Source: a virus (taxonomy: Duplodnaviria > Caudoviricetes). From it: a stretch of 26,337 nt of DNA. A model generated the notes under the pieces. That model saw only the letters and a program-made list of their open reading frames with translations. It did not search any database and was not told where the DNA came from. The DNA is taken from the IMG/VR virus record IMGVR_UViG_3300014656_005885, positions 1-26,337 of that record; one strand, 5' to 3'. The translations under genes were made by a program, and so were the position numbers. Each line of letters opens with the position of its first letter. Within the stretch, counting starts at the first letter, position 1. This document shows, piece after piece, positions 8,691-18,686 of this stretch.

Positions 8691-8709
8691 AGTAATCAAT
8701 TACTGTAAT
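8691..8709. promoter_or_regulatory. Motif B box upstream of the Cys4-wHTH gene
   Basis: AGTAATCAATTACTGTAAT, between motif A copy 3 and the SD. Confidence 0.6.
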
Positions 8710-8737
8710 AAAATCATTAAATCAAGAACTAATTATA

Positions 8738-8763
8738 TATAGCCTCCAGTTTTCTGTATTCTC
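8738..8763 (-). promoter_or_regulatory. Motif A copy 3, heading Cys4-wHTH gene and dnaE
   Basis: Minus strand GAGAATACAGAAAACTGGAGGCTATA. Confidence 0.75.
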
Positions 8764-8787
8764 TTTCCAAGTCATTTTTTACAAAAT

Positions 8788-10767
8788 TTACAAAATTGCT
8801 TTTGAAAGATTTTCCATTAATACCCGGGGTAAGTCTTTCAAATCATCAATCAAAACATAATTCCGATAAAACCGTTTGGGGGCCTCAGTTTGGATTCCGA
8901 ACCCACACAAGAAAAAGTCAGGCATTTTTTCCAACTCCGTGCAGACCTGCTTTAAATGAGGGGCCAGAGAACTGGAATCACAATAACTGGCAACCGGAGC
9001 CCCATCTGAAAGGACGAACATTACCTTTTTACGTTCACCCCTGGTCAAAAGACGGTTGGCTGCAAAACGGACACTCTCACCATCATAATTCTGTGCCAAA
9101 GCTCTCATAGACCCTATCCGCTTTTTTGTTAACTGGTTCAGGCCCTCGTTAAACATTTTGAAATAGAACATATCCAGGGAACCATACCGGGAAAATCTTG
9201 TGCCGTATCCTCCATCCCGCTTTGATGAATAGGTGTTGTCACCGGAAAACCCTAAAATTTCGAAAGGAATATTGGCAAGGTTCAAGGTTTCAGCCATCAA
9301 TACGGCTGTTTCTGTGGCCTTTCTCATTCTCTCACCACCCATGGACCCGGATAAATCCACCAGAATTGTCACGGCGGTATTGATTCGGTTTCCTTCCTTC
9401 CTCATTCTGTAAAGTTTATCGGAAGTCCCCTGTGCAGCCATATGAAGTGTCGCAGGATTCATAATCCCATGACGCTTCCCGCCTAACCAGGTAGCCCGCT
9501 TTTTGGACATTAAAAGTCTGTTTAAACGGTTTTTAAGGACACCGACAACCCCGTGGGTTCTTTTCCGGTAGGCTTCATATTCTTCCAGGCCCGTTTCCGT
9601 TCCCGGCCATTCTAAAAATGTATCCTTTTCGGATGTGAGAACCCGATAACCTTTCAATGAACCGGTCTTTTTAGAAATATCTTTGCCGATGTCGGGCAGA
9701 ATTTTTTTATCATCTGCTTCCAAAGATTTACGGAGACGTTCAAGAATCTCTTCTTTAATGGCTGGATCTTCCTCCGGGGCATCTTCTTCCTCCGTGACGT
9801 CTCCTTCCAGGTCTTCTTCTTTCTCCGCTACGGCCCCGTCAGCTTCTCCAGCATCGTCAGCTTCTCCAGCCCCATCAACTTCTCCAGCATCGTCAGCTTC
9901 TTCGCTGCCGGGTTCTTCTTCGAAGGTATCTTCATATTCTATGGAACCGGTTTCTTCCTTTGGAATTATCGGCTTATCGGCTTTTCGTTCGGGGCCTTTT
10001 GTAGGAGCTTCGACGCCGGACCCATCCCCGGACCCATCCCCCGGTGCAGCGGCAGTGCCTCCGCTTCTGCCGCTACTCCCTCCTTCCCCCTTTTCTGACG
10101 GTTTAGACCTGGTTTTCTTTGACACCATTGATCGTTCAAAATCCCTTGCTATATGCTCGATTTTGTCCAGAACCCTTACGGCCAGATTGTATGCTTCCTT
10201 GGTGCTTTCAAGGGTTTGGGCCTCCTCGATTTCATCTGCCATTTCATCAATGATGGGCATATATTCAATACTGTGTTTGGCCAGGATAGGAACGTCATAA
10301 CCATAACGGGCGGCTGAAATAAAAAGAATGAATACTTTGGTCACGGCATCATAATCTTCCCATTCAACGGAAGCTTCCTTCCTTTTTTTATCCGGGTTTA
10401 TGATCTTATCCGTGGTGTAATCATGAGCCCGCTCAAAATTAACCTTGCACCCCTTCCAGATATTCTCCATAGCAAGTTCGATCCGGATATCTTCAATGGC
10501 ATTCAAGGCGAACTGTTCAGTCTTGTTTTTTGGCAATTTCCGGTATGCTTTAAAATCGGTGAAGGCAATATGGCCTACTTCATGATCAAGGTAACCACGA
10601 AGCATGAGGATCATGTCTGCGGGGATCTTATCCGGCAAGGAAGGAAGGGTGATTGTTTTACCATCAGTATTACATTCATTACCATAAAAAACGACCCTAA
10701 CGTCATGGGCATCAGAAAGGGCTTTTGCAACAGTTTCAAGCACAGAACGTGCAATGAGTGTGGACAT
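8788..10767 (-). CDS. CobT-like protein: N-terminal HExxH metallopeptidase-like domain, acidic linker, C-terminal vWA domain
   Basis: TDGKTITLP, RGYLDHEVGH, NAIEDIRIE; long Glu/Asp/Gly linker; MIDAS motif ILVDLSGSM, FEILGF, NYDGE, VLSDGAP. Directly downstream of the CobS-like ATPase. Confidence 0.88.
   Translation of the reverse strand: MSTLIARSVLETVAKALSDAHDVRVVFYGNECNTDGKTITLPSLPDKIPADMILMLRGYLDHEVGHIAFTDFKAYRKLPKNKTEQFALNAIEDIRIELAMENIWKGCKVNFERAHDYTTDKIINPDKKRKEASVEWEDYDAVTKVFILFISAARYGYDVPILAKHSIEYMPIIDEMADEIEEAQTLESTKEAYNLAVRVLDKIEHIARDFERSMVSKKTRSKPSEKGEGGSSGRSGGTAAAPGDGSGDGSGVEAPTKGPERKADKPIIPKEETGSIEYEDTFEEEPGSEEADDAGEVDGAGEADDAGEADGAVAEKEEDLEGDVTEEEDAPEEDPAIKEEILERLRKSLEADDKKILPDIGKDISKKTGSLKGYRVLTSEKDTFLEWPGTETGLEEYEAYRKRTHGVVGVLKNRLNRLLMSKKRATWLGGKRHGIMNPATLHMAAQGTSDKLYRMRKEGNRINTAVTILVDLSGSMGGERMRKATETAVLMAETLNLANIPFEILGFSGDNTYSSKRDGGYGTRFSRYGSLDMFYFKMFNEGLNQLTKKRIGSMRALAQNYDGESVRFAANRLLTRGERKKVMFVLSDGAPVASYCDSSSLAPHLKQVCTELEKMPDFFLCGFGIQTEAPKRFYRNYVLIDDLKDLPRVLMENLSKAIL
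9833..9904. repeat. In-frame 18-bp tandem repeat, 4 copies, in the CobT-like linker
   Basis: gccccgtcagcttctcca / gcatcgtcagcttctcca / gccccatcaacttctcca / gcatcgtcagcttcttcg; encodes EADDAG-EVDGAG-EADDAG-EADGA. Confidence 0.85.
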
Positions 10768-10781
10768 CTTTTAACCTCCAT

Positions 10782-10808
10782 AAAAACGGCCGGTTTCCAG
10801 GCCTGTTT
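10782..10808 (-). terminator. Terminator-like hairpin between the cobS-like and cobT-like genes
   Basis: Minus strand AAACAGGCCTGGAAACCGGCCGTTTTT: bulged GC stem plus U5, just before the cobT SD. Confidence 0.45.
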
Positions 10809-10813
10809 AGGTT

Positions 10814-11920
10814 TTAACTGAAAGTGCGTTGAACAATTTCGGAAATGATTTTTTCATCGGTGTAGGGAAGAATAGAAGTACAGGAAAACTGCATGGCTTT
10901 TGAAGCATCCCCGATCATGAGGTAAAGATCCACCCAATTGATCAGATCTCGAACAGAATAGGGGACGTTCAATTCTCCTGCTTCAAACCGTTTACGGATA
11001 AGGCTTGCCACCTTTGCAAAGCCGGTGGCTTCTTCTTCTGATAAAGAAGCAAATTTCTTTTTCAGCAACTCCCCTTCCTGTTTTTTATCCATATAATCCA
11101 GCTTCACCCGAAGAAGGAACCTGGAAACAAAAGCAATGTTCTGGACTTCGGTGCCTTGATAATATCCTTTGTCATCACCCAAACCGGTGGTATTCGATGT
11201 GGCAATAATTCTGAAAAAAGGATCTGATTCCACCCGCTCGCCACCATTGGCGGTCAATACAAGGTTACCAAGCCGGCTGCCATCCCCTTTACGTTCTAAA
11301 AGACTTTGGTAAAGAAGGGCGACTTCCGGGTTGGTGGCATCCCATTCATCCATAATCAGGATCATAGGCTGCCTCATAGCGACCGGGGCGGGCCCGTATT
11401 CAAAAGCGGTCGTACCGTCTTCAATCTTTTTCTGGCCAACAATATCATAGGAATACATGTCCTTATGATGGTTGACCCTCATGACCGGATAATTGATCCG
11501 GGCGGCAATCTGTTCGACCAAACTACTCTTACCGCTACCTGTCGGGCCGTGAACCATTGTTGGGCGGTTGGTCTGCAAACCAAGGAGTACGATCTTTGTG
11601 GCCTCGGGGTGGAATTTGTATTCAGGATCGATCTCCGGTACGGCCTGTGTTCTTTCAACGAACCCGGTTACCATGCTATCTTTTCCCATGCTCAACCCGA
11701 AGGTTTTAGCGATGGAATATTTTTTAGGGGTAAGTGCATTCAGTTTTTTCTTTGATTTTAATTCTGCCAGTTTTGCCCTGAATGCTTCGGAAACCAGTTC
11801 TTCATCAGGGTATTTTTTCTGGTATTCGTCCAAAGCCATAGTGCAGGAAGGTTTACGGCCACCAATAAAATGGGGTTTCAGATCATGGGCCTGGTGTCCA
11901 CATGCGTTGCAAGTTATCAT
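10814..11920 (-). CDS. CobS-like MoxR-family AAA+ ATPase with N-terminal zinc finger
   Basis: Start moved to ATG 11920 (SD AAAGGAG). CNAC-x7/8-H..C N-terminus, VPEIDPEYKF, Walker A GPTGSGKS, Walker B ILIMDEWD, CobS-type SNTTGLGDDKGYYQGT, SVRDLINW. Confidence 0.9.
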   Translation of the reverse strand: MITCNACGHQAHDLKPHFIGGRKPSCTMALDEYQKKYPDEELVSEAFRAKLAELKSKKKLNALTPKKYSIAKTFGLSMGKDSMVTGFVERTQAVPEIDPEYKFHPEATKIVLLGLQTNRPTMVHGPTGSGKSSLVEQIAARINYPVMRVNHHKDMYSYDIVGQKKIEDGTTAFEYGPAPVAMRQPMILIMDEWDATNPEVALLYQSLLERKGDGSRLGNLVLTANGGERVESDPFFRIIATSNTTGLGDDKGYYQGTEVQNIAFVSRFLLRVKLDYMDKKQEGELLKKKFASLSEEEATGFAKVASLIRKRFEAGELNVPYSVRDLINWVDLYLMIGDASKAMQFSCTSILPYTDEKIISEIVQRTFS

Positions 11921-11940
11921 TGGTAATTCTCCTTTATTCA

Positions 11941-11959
11941 AGTAATTGATTGCTGTGAT
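11941..11959. promoter_or_regulatory. Motif B box upstream of the cobS-like gene
   Basis: AGTAATTGATTGCTGTGAT (2 mismatches to consensus), just upstream of the SD. Confidence 0.5.
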
Positions 11960-11968
11960 TGAGTGATG

Positions 11969-12484
11969 TTAAAATTCAAATTTGGCTTCTTTTTTACGCC
12001 GGGATAACATATCCTTTAAACCGGTGGTGGGCTTTTGCCTCGGTTTGATATCTTCTTCTGTGGCTTCCCGGATCTCGCCCTCACCCTTATAAATAGGGGT
12101 GATACTGAAATCAAAGCGATTAGCGCAAAATGATCCTACATCCCGTGCTAATCGCTTTGTTTCCATAATTTGCTTTTCCGTGAATTTCTGGCCATCAAAA
12201 AAAGTTTCCGGGATAATGAAATGCTTTGAAGTGTTTCGGACGTCAAAGATATATCCCTTTTTCAATTTTTCCTGGATCTTCTTTTTTAGGAATTTCCAGT
12301 TTTCAATGTGCGAACCTTTAGCCTGCGAGTTTGGGGTACCCCGGGTGCCGATTTTTCCATACTCTGCAAGATAGGAGGGTCGGTACCCATCTTTTAAAGA
12401 TTCATTTCCGATTGAGGCTTTCCAAAATTTATTGCTTCCCCCTGATGTATTCACCAAGGCGATTTTGAAAAATGTTTGTTCCAT
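11969..12484 (-). CDS. WGR-domain protein
   Basis: LVNTSGGSNKFW...AEYGKIGTRG...KKKIQEKLKKGY matches the WGR pattern (NKFW/Y, W/YGR/KIG, EKxKKGY). SD AGGGAG. Confidence 0.8.
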   Translation of the reverse strand: MEQTFFKIALVNTSGGSNKFWKASIGNESLKDGYRPSYLAEYGKIGTRGTPNSQAKGSHIENWKFLKKKIQEKLKKGYIFDVRNTSKHFIIPETFFDGQKFTEKQIMETKRLARDVGSFCANRFDFSITPIYKGEGEIREATEEDIKPRQKPTTGLKDMLSRRKKEAKFEF

Positions 12485-12514
12485 CTTTTCTCCCTTCGAT
12501 TATCATTTGATCTA

Positions 12515-12566
12515 TAAACAAATAGCGCCCAGTTTCCTGTATTCTCACCAGACTGGGCGCTATTTG
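12515..12566 (-). terminator. 15-bp perfect hairpin overlapping motif A copy 4, probable terminator of the upstream gene
   Basis: CAAATAGCGCCCAGT (12519-12533) / ACTGGGCGCTATTTG (12552-12566), 18-nt loop, ending TATTTGTTT on the minus strand. Confidence 0.55.
12521..12546 (-). promoter_or_regulatory. Motif A copy 4, heading WGR-cobS-cobT
   Basis: Minus strand GAGAATACAGGAAACTGGGCGCTATT. Confidence 0.75.
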
Positions 12567-12598
12567 AAAATAAAACAGATTATATATAATGAAGATCT

Positions 12599-12898
12599 TT
12601 AGGAGCTTGTCTGGCCGGCCAAGGATTCAATGGTTGCCAATAATTGTTCTGGTGGGGCATCCATTGATAATTGATACAAGATTATTCCATCAACTGCGGA
12701 TGTAATAATCTGATAAATTTCATCATTTACCTCGAGTAAGATTAAAGTCAATATTGACCCAAAGACAAAAATCGTTTTACGGCCCGTGTCGTCTTCCTTG
12801 ACCTCCATACAAGCCTGGTCAGTTCTTGAGATAAAAAGAGTGTATTCGTCTGCCGGTAGACGTTTCATGAAAAAAGAAGAAACAGTGGAATTTGCCAT
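12599..12898 (-). CDS. Hypothetical protein (99 aa)
   Basis: ATG with SD GAGG, co-oriented, fills the gap. No motif recognised. Confidence 0.65.
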   Translation of the reverse strand: MANSTVSSFFMKRLPADEYTLFISRTDQACMEVKEDDTGRKTIFVFGSILTLILLEVNDEIYQIITSAVDGIILYQLSMDAPPEQLLATIESLAGQTSS

Positions 12899-12936
12899 TA
12901 ATAACCTCTATTTTAATTAATTAATTTTGCCTATTA

Positions 12937-12955
12937 ATTAATTAATTACTGTAAT
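12937..12955. promoter_or_regulatory. Motif B box upstream of the 99-aa ORF
   Basis: ATTAATTAATTACTGTAAT. Confidence 0.6.
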
Positions 12956-12963
12956 AAACATTT

Positions 12964-12996
12964 AAAAAAAAGCAACTGCCGAAACTCCAGTTGCTT
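12964..12996 (-). terminator. Intrinsic terminator after the XRE gene
   Basis: 9-bp stem AAGCAACTG/CAGTTGCTT (12970-12978/12988-12996) followed by a T run on the minus strand. Confidence 0.75.
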
Positions 12997-13016
12997 AGTT
13001 CTTTGTTTTTTTGCAG

Positions 13017-13307
13017 TTAGTTTCCTAACCATTCCTGTTTGAACTCAACGATCTCAAGCCAATCAGTCTGATACTGTTTGAGCCAGGCACGGATGAACAC
13101 ACCACGGGGAATTCCAAGGGTATCCGCAAACGGAATAACTTTTTCCCGGGGGAATTTTGCATGTCCGTTTTCAATCATTCCAATAAAATTAGAAAGCGTG
13201 TATCCAAGTTTTTTGGCAAGGTCCAACTGTGTTAGATCTAAAGCGGTCCTTCTCATTTTAACCATTGCAGCCAGCGTGTCGTTCTCATCAAATGTGGTAA
13301 AGGCCAT
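13017..13307 (-). CDS. XRE/Cro-family HTH transcriptional regulator
   Basis: RRTALDLTQLDLAKKLGY..NFIGMIENG...P......FADTLG. SD GGAGG. No peptidase domain, so not a CI/LexA type. Confidence 0.9.
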   Translation of the reverse strand: MAFTTFDENDTLAAMVKMRRTALDLTQLDLAKKLGYTLSNFIGMIENGHAKFPREKVIPFADTLGIPRGVFIRAWLKQYQTDWLEIVEFKQEWLGN

Positions 13308-13339
13308 ATTATCCTCCCTCTCTACTTGGAATAAAAATC

Positions 13340-13408
13340 TCAGGCCAAGTACATTTCAATAAAAAAATACTTGGCCTGATTGATAATAAATAATTACGGT
13401 AGTGTCAA
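13340..13408 (-). promoter_or_regulatory. Sigma70-like promoter of the XRE gene with a 12-bp inverted repeat
   Basis: TTGACA (13408-13403), 17 bp, TATCAA (13385-13380). Degenerate motif B in the spacer. IR TCAGGCCAAGTA (13340-13351) / TACTTGGCCTGA (13368-13379). Confidence 0.55.
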
Positions 13409-13663
13409 GGTTAATCAATTAATTATTTAATGTAACTTTGATTGACCTGTTCTTCGATTGTTTCTTTCAAAATATCGTTTGGGAGTTTTAGCCTCTCAAT
13501 CTTAACAGTGGCAACGACCGGGGAAAACAACTAAATCCAAGCATATATCGACTAAATAAACAATTCGTACTTCGACAGGGGCGGGATTTACACGCCTCCC
13601 ATGGGACAACTTTTTTTTTATAATAATGAAGTAAAGCATTTACCATTGGTTCGCTCCTTACAA

Positions 13664-14281
13664 TCAAGAATTTATACAGCATTGTTTCAATGCAGTGGAA
13701 AGGTCAATTTCCTTAGGTGTTTCAGGTGGGTGTGTGAGAAAAGCAGGTTTTGCAACATCGCTTGGATAAATTATTGCCGGCCATTTGGAAGAATCCGTAT
13801 CCGGAAACATAATAGTGGAATATTGTTCTGTAAAACACACCATTATCGTGGTTGACAAATTATCATTACTGGTCAGAAACCTGTAGTAGCCAGTCACTTC
13901 GGGAGATAATAAATCAAAGCGCGGAGAATCTGACCCAAATTCACAGCATTTGAGGACAGTAAACGGACTTTTTTCGAATACTAATTGAGAATCAAAAATG
14001 GCCGGGAAAAACCCCATTCTATCTTCATCTGTCTGTTTAAAATTAGGGAAGCCACCCCTAAGGTTACCAAAGAGCTCCTGATCGATTGTAACCTGAAATT
14101 GGTGTTCCCCATCGTTTTTCGGAGAAAATAAAGTGAAAGAATCCTCCGAAAAACTATAATGGCAGTTTGTCAGGTATTCTCCTTTATAAAGATTTTCTTG
14201 ATAACTCATTGCTTCATTTTCAACAATCGCTAATTCGATCATCTGTATCAACCTCTCGCATAAATTATAATTATCCGTCAA
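13664..14281 (-). CDS. Hypothetical protein (205 aa), AT-rich orphan
   Basis: Only long ORF in the interval, co-oriented, TTG start with weak SD. No motif recognised. Confidence 0.6.
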   Translation of the reverse strand: MTDNYNLCERLIQMIELAIVENEAMSYQENLYKGEYLTNCHYSFSEDSFTLFSPKNDGEHQFQVTIDQELFGNLRGGFPNFKQTDEDRMGFFPAIFDSQLVFEKSPFTVLKCCEFGSDSPRFDLLSPEVTGYYRFLTSNDNLSTTIMVCFTEQYSTIMFPDTDSSKWPAIIYPSDVAKPAFLTHPPETPKEIDLSTALKQCCINS

Positions 14282-14474
14282 AATTCAAAACCTACATATG
14301 TTTAAACGGATTTTAAAAAATAGTACGTGCAAAAAATAATAGTAAAATTTGATTTTTTTCATAAGGTGCTATTTTGTTTGAGAATTAAATATCGATAACA
14401 TCGACTTCCAAAGCGTTGAGTTTAATTAGATCTGCCCTTATTTCAGGGGAATAATGGCTCCTGTTTACTGTTAT

Positions 14475-16662
<2,188 letters not shown>

Positions 16663-16666
16663 GGCA

Positions 16667-16975
16667 TCACCCATAAATCCGGCAGATAATGGTGGGTTTC
16701 TCCCTCAGCATGGTAGCCAAGACAAACCGGGACTGGCCCGGGCATCCGTTTTCTTTCAAATAGTTACAGAATTTCACCACATCAATGGGGCCGTCCCCGA
16801 CCGCATCCAGAAAATAAAAACAGGCTTCAGCAAAGGGTACCGGCTTGGCAGAAAGTTTGGCGGTCTTTTCACAGATGTCCTGTCCGATGGCAACGTCAAT
16901 GGATGTCATTGCTTGTCGGTGTTCGTAGGGGATTGCAAATTCGGTAGTGGTTCTTTTGGCATTTTGTATCTTCAT
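16667..16975 (-). CDS. Hypothetical protein (102 aa)
   Basis: ATG with SD AAAGGAG, co-oriented. Confidence 0.7.
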   Translation of the reverse strand: MKIQNAKRTTTEFAIPYEHRQAMTSIDVAIGQDICEKTAKLSAKPVPFAEACFYFLDAVGDGPIDVVKFCNYLKENGCPGQSRFVLATMLREKPTIICRIYG

Positions 16976-17037
16976 TTTTAAGCTCCTTTGCGGGTCAAGT
17001 TTAAACCCGCCTTTAACATATCTTCTTGATTAAATTA

Positions 17038-17056
17038 AGTAATTAATTACTGTAAT
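17038..17056. promoter_or_regulatory. Motif B box, best match to consensus
   Basis: AGTAATTAATTACTGTAAT; the first 14 bp are a perfect palindrome. Confidence 0.62.
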
Positions 17057-17072
17057 AATTAAACGGCTTTTT

Positions 17073-17273
17073 TTAAACCTTATCTGCATGATGGGACTCT
17101 TTTGTCCGTTCATTGATCCATGCCGGCCAGAAATTCAACCGTTCACTGATACACCATCTGGCGAACACCCGGAACCGCCGGGATCTCCAATGCAGCTCCG
17201 GGAATGGGTTGGACTCGAAGTACGGGTTGGTCAGGGCCATATCCATGTTGGTTCTAAAAAGTTTTAAGTTCAT
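17073..17273 (-). CDS. Hypothetical protein (66 aa, MNLKLFR...)
   Basis: Start moved to ATG 17273, preceded by AAGGAGAAAGGA. This removes the overlap with the upstream ORF. Confidence 0.6.
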   Translation of the reverse strand: MNLKLFRTNMDMALTNPYFESNPFPELHWRSRRFRVFARWCISERLNFWPAWINERTKESHHADKV

Positions 17274-17283
17274 TCCTTTCTCC

Positions 17284-17478
17284 TTAATCAGCAAGTTTCC
17301 CGATAAAACCGGAGTACCGGCCCCAAAGTTCCGGGCGACGTTCAATTGCTTTTTTAAGATCGGAATTGGTTAAGGGATTTTCTTTGCAATTGGCCATGAA
17401 AAAAAAGGTTTCATCACATTGGGCAGTGTTCTCCACTGCACTAAAGTACATCTGTAATTGGGTGGGTTTAGTTTTCAT
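17284..17478 (-). CDS. Hypothetical protein (64 aa)
   Basis: ATG with SD GAAGGA; first gene after motif A copy 5. Confidence 0.65.
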   Translation of the reverse strand: MKTKPTQLQMYFSAVENTAQCDETFFFMANCKENPLTNSDLKKAIERRPELWGRYSGFIGKLAD

Positions 17479-17530
17479 TTTAATCCTTCGATTTTTTTAT
17501 TGGAGGTTATTTTTTTGTTCTCTGGTAACC

Positions 17531-17556
17531 TATAGCCTCCAATTTCCTGTATTGAC
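17531..17556 (-). promoter_or_regulatory. Motif A copy 5, heading the small-ORF/ligA block
   Basis: Minus strand GTCAATACAGGAAATTGGAGGCTATA. Confidence 0.75.
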
Positions 17557-17569
17557 GAAAAAGACAAAA

Positions 17570-18556
17570 TTATTTTGCTATACGTGCTCCCCTCAATTTT
17601 CTTTCAAGGGGAGACATGGCTTTGACCGGTTTTGCATAGGCGATATAACGGGCCGGCTCGGGGCATGTGTCCGGTTCCATTCCATACGGTAGCTCAACGG
17701 CCTGAACATCAATAGAATCAATCAATCCTCCAGCGGTTTGATAAATTTTATCCAGGGCCTCGCCATCCCAAAACAGCACAACCCTTTTTGTTTTCGGATT
17801 GTCCAGAATCAACCGGCGTTGTTCTTTTTTCAGGGATTTTCCAAAAGTGCCGGCCACATTGTAAATTCCTTGAACCCACAGGCGCCACAGATCGGTGACA
17901 CCTTCAACCAGGACCAGTTCTTCATATTCTTTGGCCTGGTCCCAATTATAAAGAACAGACTGGAATTGAGACGCCCCTTCCCGGGGAAAAAGATATTTTG
18001 GTTTTGCATGGGCATCGAGGGCCCTGGCCTGAAAGGTAGCCACTCGGCCATCAACACAAACCGGAATAATGATCCGCCGTCCATAGGGGCCTGCCGGTTG
18101 ATACCTCAAGCCAAAATGGTCAATGACAGCCTCTTCAAAATTTCGTCCGGACAAGTATTTATAGGGTTCTGAACCGGGTTCTATCGGAATACTAAAGGGC
18201 AATTGGACGGATTTATCTTCCTCAGTCACGGGTACCAGTTCGGGCTCCGGTTTTGTCATCAGAGCGTTTTCCAACCGGTTCGGGCCAAAGGTTCTTTTCA
18301 TACCGGCTTTGACAATTTTCATGGCCTCAAATCTCGAAATCCCTTCCACCTCAGCCACAAAATTAACCGGCTTATAGGACTTGCCACACTTGAAACAATA
18401 GGCAATCCTGGTTTCGGTGTTCACGGTCATTTTCTTTCGCTTCCGCCAATTGTCATCACAATCAGGGTTGATACAGTTAACATTGATCTGTTCCGGCTTT
18501 GTTACCTGTTCTCGATAGTCCACAGTTTCTTTGACGTATTCTTCAAAATCGAACAT
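17570..18556 (-). CDS. DnaG-family (phage-type) DNA primase
   Basis: Zn-binding CINPDC...CFKC, YLSGR, RIIIP, FQAR, PKY, LYN, TOPRIM VEGVTD and FWDGE. Directly downstream of the helicase. Confidence 0.88.
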   Translation of the reverse strand: MFDFEEYVKETVDYREQVTKPEQINVNCINPDCDDNWRKRKKMTVNTETRIAYCFKCGKSYKPVNFVAEVEGISRFEAMKIVKAGMKRTFGPNRLENALMTKPEPELVPVTEEDKSVQLPFSIPIEPGSEPYKYLSGRNFEEAVIDHFGLRYQPAGPYGRRIIIPVCVDGRVATFQARALDAHAKPKYLFPREGASQFQSVLYNWDQAKEYEELVLVEGVTDLWRLWVQGIYNVAGTFGKSLKKEQRRLILDNPKTKRVVLFWDGEALDKIYQTAGGLIDSIDVQAVELPYGMEPDTCPEPARYIAYAKPVKAMSPLERKLRGARIAK

Positions 18557-18686
18557 GATTTCTCCAATTTTCTAAAACTCGCTTAAATGCCCCAAATTTT
18601 AACATGAAAGTCATATAAACATGATTTATCGTAATGTAGTGTGAATCGGCATGAAACAATAAGTTTTGATCATTTCAGGACGTTTA

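Noticed and set aside
8788-11920. Genuine cobalamin biosynthesis genes cobS/cobT
   Set aside because: No cobN or other cob genes, replication context, and extra HExxH and zinc-finger features. Gene symbols withheld.
13488-13682. 64-aa minus-strand ORF after the orphan gene
   Set aside because: Overlaps the upstream ORF, no clear SD, composition not protein-like. Cannot be supported.
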